From positions 261,000 to 324,999 of the forward strand of contig NMRA01000121.1 of assembly GCA_002633005.1 (NCBI GenBank): DNA of 64,000 nucleotides, in the 5' to 3' direction. The notes beneath the pieces are model-generated. The model searched no databases and was not told the origin of the DNA. It saw only the letters and a list, made by a program, of their open reading frames with translations. Positions within the stretch are counted from its first letter, which is position 1. The number at the start of each line of letters is the position of its first letter. Positions 61,301 through 64,000 of this stretch are shown one piece after another. This DNA comes from Phoronis australis. Its lineage: Eukaryota; Animalia; Phoronida. A program made the translations under genes and the position numbers.

Positions 61301-63591
61301 CATAGAGGCTGAGGTTGGCCAGTAGTGAAATGTATTACATAAACACAGAAAAATCAGGAACCCCAACTGGCGGGGAATCGAACCATAGGTCTCTATATTC
61401 TCAACTGAGTATTCACATCTGTGAGGATTCAAAATATTCTCAATTTAGCGTACACATCTGTGAAGATTCAACTATATTCTCAATTTAGTGTACACATCTG
61501 TGCAGATTCACTATATTCTAAATTTAGTGTACACATCTGTGACATTCAACTATATTCTCAATTTAGTGTACACATCTGCGATATTCAACTATATTCTCAA
61601 TTTAGTGTACACATCTGTGCAGATTCGCAATATTCTCACTTTAGTGAACACATCTGTGAAGATCCAACTATATTCTCAATTTAGTGTACACATCTGTGCA
61701 GATTCGCTATATTCTCACTTTAGTGAACACAACTGTGAAGATTCACTATATTCTCACTTTAGTGAACACATCTGTGAAGATTCACTATATTCTCACTTAA
61801 GTGAACACATCTGTGCAGATTCACTATATTCTCACTTTAGTGAACACATCTGTGCAGATTCACTATATTCTCAATTTAGTGTACACATCTGTGAAGATTC
61901 ATTATATTCTCACTTTAGTGAACACATCTGTGAAGATTCACTATATTCTCACTTTAGTGAACACATCTGTGCAGATTCACTATATTCTCAATTTAGTGTA
62001 CACATCTGTGAAGATCCAACTATATTCTCAATTTAGCGTACACATCTGTGAAGATCCAGTTAATAAATAAACCTGAATTTAGAGAACATTTCAGTGAATA
62101 TCCAACTAATAAATAAACCTGGATTTAGTGAACACTTCTCTGATGATCCAATTATAATTACCAGAATTTTGTGAATACTTATGCAAAGAATCAACTATAG
62201 ACATCTAAATAAAATGTACACTTCTACGAAGATATACTTTGGGAGCAACTTTTCCAATAAGCAGAATTGATTAAACGCACAACACTTTTCGTTGTTGTTG
62301 TATAAAGAGCCATAGACACCTGAATTTGGTGAACACTCCTGCAAACATCTAAAGACAATCACTCTCATATGCTGCAAATTTCCATCAGAAAGTAACTGAA
62401 TATAAAAATTATGATTATTGCACTTACTACAGTGTTATGATATTCTATGAAGTTTTTGACTTCATTATTCCCTGATAATCAAAGTATAAAAGCAACCAGA
62501 ATTAAAGATCATCCCATGGTCTAGAGAAACAGTGAGTGACATCTAATTATAATCAAAACTCTGGGCAATGAGTCACACACACTAGATCTTGAAATGGGCC
62601 ATAGGTCATAGGTCAGAGTCAAAAGCTTGTGTATGTACTTCCAGACTAAAATGGGAGGTACAAGTATTTTAAGTGGACTTTTGGTGGAGGAAAGGAAGAA
62701 GGCACATAATAAAAAGGTCAAACTTTACAAGCAGGAGTAATCTTATAGATTCAGTGATTACTGATAAATGAATTGCAAGTATGGAGCTTCAAAGTTCATT
62801 CATGGAATAATCAAACTCAAAGAGAGTCAAAACACATTGACTGGAAGTCACCTTAAAAACCAAAGTTTAGTAAATCAAAAAGAGAGGAAAACATAAAATC
62901 AAACTAAAACAGCTACAGAAATGTAACCTTGTACACTAAATATCTAGATAAATGATTGTCTTAAAAGGGTTAAGCAAATAATTCAAATGCTACATGATAT
63001 CTAGGCCAAGACAGCAAACATCACACTGGTATCTATTCAGGAAATAAATCGTTTATTTGTACTGAACCCCGAGGTAAAACTGAAACTCTCAATGACACCT
63101 TTATAGCAAATGTTTCATCACAGAACTTTGAATCTTAAGAAGTAAAGAGCTTAAATTGCCAAATCATATACGCGTGTGCATGTACATTGGAAAGAAATCA
63201 AGTTACACTTTGGCAAGACAAACAACATGGTCAGCCAGAGTTATTTTAGAAATAATATAGATCGTAAGAGAAATGGAAATTCTGGTTCACATGATAACTT
63301 CAAATAACATTTTGCTAAGCACCCTAAGATTTTAAATTTGCCATTCAGCAAAATGATTACTGGAACTGTTTAACAAAATTTATAAAAAATATGACACAAG
63401 AATAATTAGTATTTTACTTTTAATTTACTTGTGCAAGTTATTTTAATTTCAAAATCTCCTGAGACAAAAAATTAAGTTAATGAAGAAGGGAGATACAGGG
63501 GACATAATGTATATTGTTAAACGCTAACCAAACATACCTGTGATCGTGGTATCTTTGCAGACATCAAATACATGCGGCAAGGGGACATAAC
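9990..63591 (-). CDS. CARMIL: CARMIL (capping protein regulator and myosin I linker, LRRC16 family); 33 coding exons in the window, 5' exons missing
   Basis: Phase-consistent GT-AG exon chain of 4,869 nt. Family motifs: [11 protein letters not shown] (PH-like), [53 protein letters not shown], many LRRs, [34 protein letters not shown]-like [10 protein letters not shown] and CSI-like DVDSFYTK. Confidence 0.96.
10962..11009 (-). CDS. CARMIL: Candidate optional 48-nt CARMIL exon: [16 protein letters not shown]
   Basis: actAG|GT...A|GTGAGA, phase 1-1, open and frame-preserving. Confidence 0.5.
11270..12135. mobile_element. Interspersed repeat, Helentron/DINE-like; boundaries approximate
   Basis: CpG-rich island in an AT-rich intron; (TTTG)n tract, ATCGGATACAAAATGGC...GCCATTTTGTATCCGAT hairpin and repeated AAGATGGCGG blocks. 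Confidence 0.5.
12183..12940 (+). mobile_element. Possible solo LTR (BEL/Pao- or Gypsy-like)
   Basis: TG...CA ends (TGTCATG...TTAAAACA), TTCTAGA repeats, TATA-like TACAAATA followed by CAGTT motifs, AATAAA about 40 nt before the end; no TSD found. Confidence 0.35.
13142..13282 (-). CDS. CARMIL: CARMIL tail exon: [25 protein letters not shown]...[13 protein letters not shown]
   Basis: ttcAG|CT...G|GTGGGT, 141 nt. Confidence 0.8.
13895..14005 (-). CDS. CARMIL: CARMIL proline-rich exon: [28 protein letters not shown]
   Basis: tgtAG|GT...T|GTATGT, 111 nt. Confidence 0.86.
15042..15642 (-). CDS. CARMIL: CARMIL large proline/serine-rich exon with internal tandem repeat
   Basis: tgtAG|AAT...G|GTGAGT, 601 nt open frame. 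Confidence 0.86.
16008..16153 (-). CDS. CARMIL: CARMIL tail exon: [48 protein letters not shown]
   Basis: tgtAG|CC...CGG|GTTAGT, 146 nt. Confidence 0.83.
16204..17450 (-). mobile_element. Helentron/HINE-like element with internal diverged repeat array
   Basis: Same terminus as the 7398 copy (CAACACAGAGCGTTGAAATGTGCC); repeated AAAATGGCCACTAG and CCACTAGGGGGCAC blocks. Confidence 0.6.
17755..18005 (-). CDS. CARMIL: CARMIL tail exon: [20 protein letters not shown]...EHEPQA
   Basis: ttcAG|C...G|GTATCC, 251 nt; the coding frame is absent from the ORF track. Confidence 0.82.
19296..19346 (-). CDS. CARMIL: CARMIL small exon: [16 protein letters not shown] (start of basic-hydrophobic membrane-binding motif)
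   Basis: tgTAGTAG acceptor, AG|GTTGGT donor, 51 nt, phase 2-2; joins to [11 protein letters not shown]. Confidence 0.72.
19500..19660 (+). mobile_element. Penelope-like retroelement remnant
   Basis: Frame [24 protein letters not shown] resembles the NRD...Y..IL end of Penelope GIY-YIG endonucleases; followed by the hammerhead-like TTGAAAAG-GACCCT...AGGGT-GGAAAC. Confidence 0.45.
20022..20280 (-). CDS. CARMIL: CARMIL capping-protein-binding exon (CPI-like [20 protein letters not shown]-like DVDSFYTK)
   Basis: ttcAG|GC...AG|GTTTGG, 259 nt. Confidence 0.88.
20440..20712. repeat. Old MITE-like repeat; homologous segment at about 6405-6520
   Basis: TTTAGCTGGCTAAGAAATCAAA...TTTAAAACCAGCTAAA imperfect inverted ends; aligns by eye with TTTAGCTGGCTATAAATCAAAAATTG at about 6410. 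Confidence 0.45.
20874..21008. repeat. Long palindrome (about 45-bp arms), Penelope-type inverted pseudo-LTR remnant
   Basis: TACTCAGAGACTGAAGATTTAAGAATTCGAACGTTTCGG ... CCGAAACGTTCGAACTCTTAAATCTTCAGTCTCTGAGTA. Confidence 0.75.
21088..21237 (-). CDS. CARMIL: CARMIL tail exon: [11 protein letters not shown]...KKDNKKIV
   Basis: tttAG|AG...G|GTATGA, 150 nt, phase 1-1. Confidence 0.83.
22857..22952 (-). CDS. CARMIL: CARMIL tail exon: [12 protein letters not shown]...GTSETP
   Basis: tctAG|AC...G|GTGAGT, 96 nt, phase 1-1. Confidence 0.8.
23468..23537 (-). CDS. CARMIL: CARMIL exon: [23 protein letters not shown]
   Basis: ctcAG|GTT...G|GTAAAA, 70 nt. Confidence 0.85.
23906..24043 (-). CDS. CARMIL: CARMIL exon: [12 protein letters not shown]...DDDRSEP
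   Basis: tatAG|ACC...CCG|GTGAAA, 138 nt; donor chosen to keep phase 0. Confidence 0.75.
24982..25069 (-). CDS. CARMIL: CARMIL exon: [29 protein letters not shown]
   Basis: tttAG|T...TTG|GTATGT, 88 nt. Confidence 0.9.
25436..25513. repeat. 39-bp direct repeat, two copies
   Basis: AAGGTCAAATGAATA..AGCTTACAATGCAA.GTGTT repeated. Confidence 0.7.
26102..26214 (-). CDS. CARMIL: CARMIL exon: [14 protein letters not shown]...[11 protein letters not shown]
   Basis: gccAG|GAC...AG|GTGAGG, 113 nt. Confidence 0.88.
26480..26542 (-). CDS. CARMIL: CARMIL exon: [21 protein letters not shown]
   Basis: ttcAG|AAA...GAT|GTAAGT, 63 nt. Confidence 0.88.
27028..27144 (-). CDS. CARMIL: CARMIL helical dimerisation exon: LLPKLQQVA...VLEDQLK
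   Basis: ttcAG|TTA...AAG|GTTTGT, 117 nt. Confidence 0.88.
27846..27986 (-). CDS. CARMIL: CARMIL helical dimerisation exon: [11 protein letters not shown]...DADNSKQ
   Basis: ttcAG|TTG...CAG|GTCGGT, 141 nt. Confidence 0.9.
29046..29091. repeat. (TGAA)n microsatellite
   Basis: About 11 imperfect TGAA units. Confidence 0.85.
30118..30180. repeat. (ATT)n microsatellite
   Basis: Imperfect ATT run. Confidence 0.85.
30733..30888. other. Multi-hairpin fold-back element (structured RNA or palindromic non-autonomous transposon)
   Basis: Terminal stem TGTCATCAGGTAG/CTATCTGATGACA, inner AGAGTAA/TTACTCT pairing and three internal hairpins. Confidence 0.55.
33563..33755 (-). CDS. CARMIL: CARMIL exon (LRR C-cap): [14 protein letters not shown]...[17 protein letters not shown]
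   Basis: tttAG|A...CAG|GTAAGT, 193 nt. Confidence 0.94.
34206..34384. mobile_element. MITE with 14-bp TIR AATTGACCTATCGC
   Basis: Perfect TIRs at 34206-34219 and 34371-34384; related longer copy at 42171-42996. Confidence 0.7.
34992..35118. repeat. About 43-bp imperfect tandem repeat, three copies, next to a CARMIL donor site
   Basis: TAACTCTCCC.ACCTCTCTCTCAC....TATGAAT units. Confidence 0.6.
35128..35265 (-). CDS. CARMIL: CARMIL LRR exon: [22 protein letters not shown]...VALE
   Basis: tttAG|T...AA|GTGAGT, 138 nt. Confidence 0.94.
35413..35867 (-). mobile_element. 5'-truncated LINE (I-group, R1/LOA-like): ORF2 C-terminal CCHC finger and 3' tail
   Basis: [12 protein letters not shown]...[21 protein letters not shown]...FLKDTGRL; homopolymer tail; TSD GGGAATTA at 35405-35412 and 35868-35875. 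Confidence 0.85.
36891..36994 (-). CDS. CARMIL: CARMIL LRR exon: [13 protein letters not shown]...[13 protein letters not shown]
   Basis: tccAG|CAA...AG|GTAATA, 104 nt. Confidence 0.92.
38170..38224 (-). CDS. CARMIL: CARMIL exon: [18 protein letters not shown]
   Basis: tgtAG|G...TGC|GTAAGT, 55 nt. Confidence 0.9.
38330..39085 (-). mobile_element. Helentron/HINE-like element, same family as the 7398 copy
   Basis: Repeated AAAATGGCCA and CCACTAGGAGGTGC blocks; ends ATAATGCGCCCACAT...ATAAAAA. Confidence 0.55.
39251..39350 (-). CDS. CARMIL: CARMIL LRR exon: [32 protein letters not shown]
   Basis: tgtAG|GC...AA|GTAAGT, 100 nt. Confidence 0.92.
40169..40320 (-). CDS. CARMIL: CARMIL LRR exon: QLLLGISVN...LDISDN
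   Basis: tatAG|G...G|GTACGA, 152 nt. Confidence 0.92.
40927..41186 (-). CDS. CARMIL: CARMIL LRR exon: [15 protein letters not shown]...NRLPDEAV
   Basis: ttcAG|ACG...AA|GTAAGT, 260 nt. Confidence 0.93.
41432..41673 (+). mobile_element. Full-length tRNA-derived SINE
   Basis: A-box-like TGGCCTGGTTG, B-box GGTTCAAGTCC, LINE-like 3' tail, (TTA)-type end; 11-bp TSD TCATGTGGGAT at 41421-41431 and 41674-41684. Confidence 0.85.
42171..42996. mobile_element. Longer member of the AATTGACCTATCGC TIR family
   Basis: AATTGACCTGTC ... GCGATAGGTCAATT; last about 90 bp align with the 34206 MITE. Confidence 0.6.
43095..43288 (-). CDS. CARMIL: CARMIL LRR exon: LVHLSGPV...[15 protein letters not shown]
   Basis: cacAG|GT...ACG|GTATGA, 194 nt. 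Confidence 0.92.
44024..44118 (-). CDS. CARMIL: CARMIL LRR exon: [13 protein letters not shown]...[11 protein letters not shown]
   Basis: tttAG|G...G|GTACGT, 95 nt. Confidence 0.92.
44484..44598 (-). repeat. 31-bp tandem repeat built from an exon 3' end plus its 5' splice site
   Basis: Minus-strand unit GAGTGGAGTAGGACTAGGCAG|GTAAGGATGT, about 3.7 copies; donors at 44577, 44546 and 44515. Confidence 0.85.
44577..44665 (-). CDS. CARMIL: CARMIL LRR exon: [29 protein letters not shown]
   Basis: actAG|AAT...AG|GTAAGG, 89 nt. Confidence 0.88.
45351..45426 (-). CDS. CARMIL: CARMIL exon: [25 protein letters not shown]
   Basis: ttcAG|A...CTG|GTAATT, 76 nt. Confidence 0.93.
45510..45785 (-). mobile_element. 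Helentron/HINE-like fragment
   Basis: Aligns with 38830-39085 (AATAGATACCTATTTGCCAAGTTTTATGAAAATC...GAGTTTTGGAGATAGAGCAG). Confidence 0.55.
45867..45940 (-). CDS. CARMIL: CARMIL exon: [24 protein letters not shown]
   Basis: ttcAG|GAC...AA|GTAAGT, 74 nt. Confidence 0.93.
47777..49072 (+). mobile_element. Kolobok-type deletion derivative with THAP and zinc-ribbon remnants, nested in the P-like element
   Basis: TTAA TSD (47773-47776 and 49073-49076), AGG termini, about 250-bp TIRs; frameshifted fragments [45 protein letters not shown]...[12 protein letters not shown]. Confidence 0.85.
50421..50524. repeat. 52-bp direct repeat, two copies, inside the P-like element
   Basis: ATGAATCATAGC(G/A)GAGCTGACCAGCGACTAGCATTAGTTCGTCGAATTGCGC twice, one mismatch. 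Confidence 0.9.
51386..51554 (-). CDS. CARMIL: CARMIL exon: [10 protein letters not shown]...[16 protein letters not shown]...EEVAW
   Basis: ttcAG|G...TGG|GTACGT, 169 nt. Confidence 0.93.
52243..52370 (-). CDS. CARMIL: CARMIL exon: [12 protein letters not shown]...KAVFPLVPL
   Basis: tgcAG|CTT...GA|GTAAGC, 128 nt. Confidence 0.9.
53025..53744 (-). mobile_element. Helentron/HINE-like element, related subfamily
   Basis: Starts AAACAAG, contains AAAATGGCCACTAG blocks and ends GTGGGTGCATAAAAA like the 7398 copy. Confidence 0.5.
53929..53988 (-). CDS. CARMIL: CARMIL exon: [20 protein letters not shown]
   Basis: tctAG|GTT...CAG|GTAAAA, 60 nt. Confidence 0.9.
54414..55067. mobile_element. TTAA-type MITE (Kolobok-like)
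   Basis: TIR GGGGGTTTGACATAGTTT / AAACTATGTCAAACCCCC; flanks TTCA and TTAA. Confidence 0.7.
57143..57301. mobile_element. Tc1/mariner-type (pogo-like) MITE
   Basis: TA TSD; TIR CCGTAAACGTTCGGGTTAACGCCC / GGGCGTTAACCCGAACGATTACGG; internal TTAACCGCCC motifs. Confidence 0.85.
59491..59900. mobile_element. Longer copy of the same mariner/pogo-like family, cut by the N at 59901
   Basis: CGTAATCGTTCGGGTTAACGCCCATGCTCAGTTAACCGCCC nearly identical to the 57143 copy; about six TTAACCGCCC-type motifs. Confidence 0.75.
61248..62180. repeat. 39/40-bp minisatellite, about 17 good copies plus degenerate flanks
   Basis: Unit TATTCTCA(A/C)TTTAGTG(T/A)ACACATCTGTG(A/C)AGATTCA(A)CTA; produces the spurious [13 protein letters not shown] ORFs. 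Confidence 0.95.
61290..61392 (-). mobile_element. 5'-truncated tRNA-derived SINE inserted in the minisatellite
   Basis: Minus-strand B-box GGTTCGATTCC at its 5' end; flanked by CTATATTCTC at 61280-61289 and 61393-61402. Confidence 0.55.
63538..63591 (-). CDS. CARMIL: CARMIL exon (PH-like domain): [18 protein letters not shown]
   Basis: tacAG|GTT...CAG|GTATGT, 54 nt, phase 0-0. Confidence 0.85.
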
Positions 63592-64000
63592 CTGTACAGA
63601 GATGAAAATAATGAGCACCTGAAGACAGACAGGGTATAAGTACAAGACTATCACTATTCACCAAAAAGTGTTTCCACATTTAGTCTCAGAACACTGTAGT
63701 AGATACTGATATAAACAAAAGCAATACAAAGCATCGATATGGACACACCTTGTGCATCGCACCAAGTGTAGATTCAACGGATGATCATTGTTCTAAACAT
63801 TCTCACAAAAGGGAGCAATGCTGGTAATGTTAAATAACATTTAGGGGGTGCAAAGCAAGTTAGAAATGCCAAAAAAACTGACAGGAAAGTAATAACAAAA
63901 AATTGTTAAAGAAATGGTTGCTAGGTGGTTTACAATACATCCAGTCCATCTGAAAATGAATAAGTGTCACTGCTTTTGTGAAAAAAAATTTCATGAAAAT

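Noticed and set aside
61421-62070. ORFs of 87-182 aa with His/Cys repeats resembling zinc fingers, and a CRISPR-like periodic look
   Set aside because: They are translations of a 39/40-bp minisatellite; there are no unique spacers or cas genes, and the context is a eukaryotic intron.

Overview
AT-rich, intron-rich animal genomic DNA, probably from a marine invertebrate; the taxon cannot be fixed from sequence alone. Two convergent spliced genes were reconstructed by hand from GT/AG sites and reading-frame phase. On the + strand are the last four coding exons of a phosphoethanolamine N-methyltransferase (47-4422); one exon appears twice across an N at 1552, probably an assembly haplotype overlap. 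On the - strand are 33 phase-consistent coding exons (63591 down to 9990, about 1,620 codons) of a CARMIL/LRRC16 gene with PH-like, LRR, helical dimerisation, CPI/CSI, basic-hydrophobic and long proline-rich regions; its first exons lie beyond the window. The introns hold many mobile elements: a 4.9 kb P-like element with a nested Kolobok/THAP derivative, a truncated LINE and a tRNA-derived SINE that share a 3' tail, Penelope-like remnants with degenerate hammerhead cores, Helentron-like repeats carrying CTCF-like motifs, several MITEs and a 39/40-bp minisatellite. Most ORFs in the supplied track are spurious or are single exons read into introns. No CRISPR, rRNA or prokaryotic features were seen.
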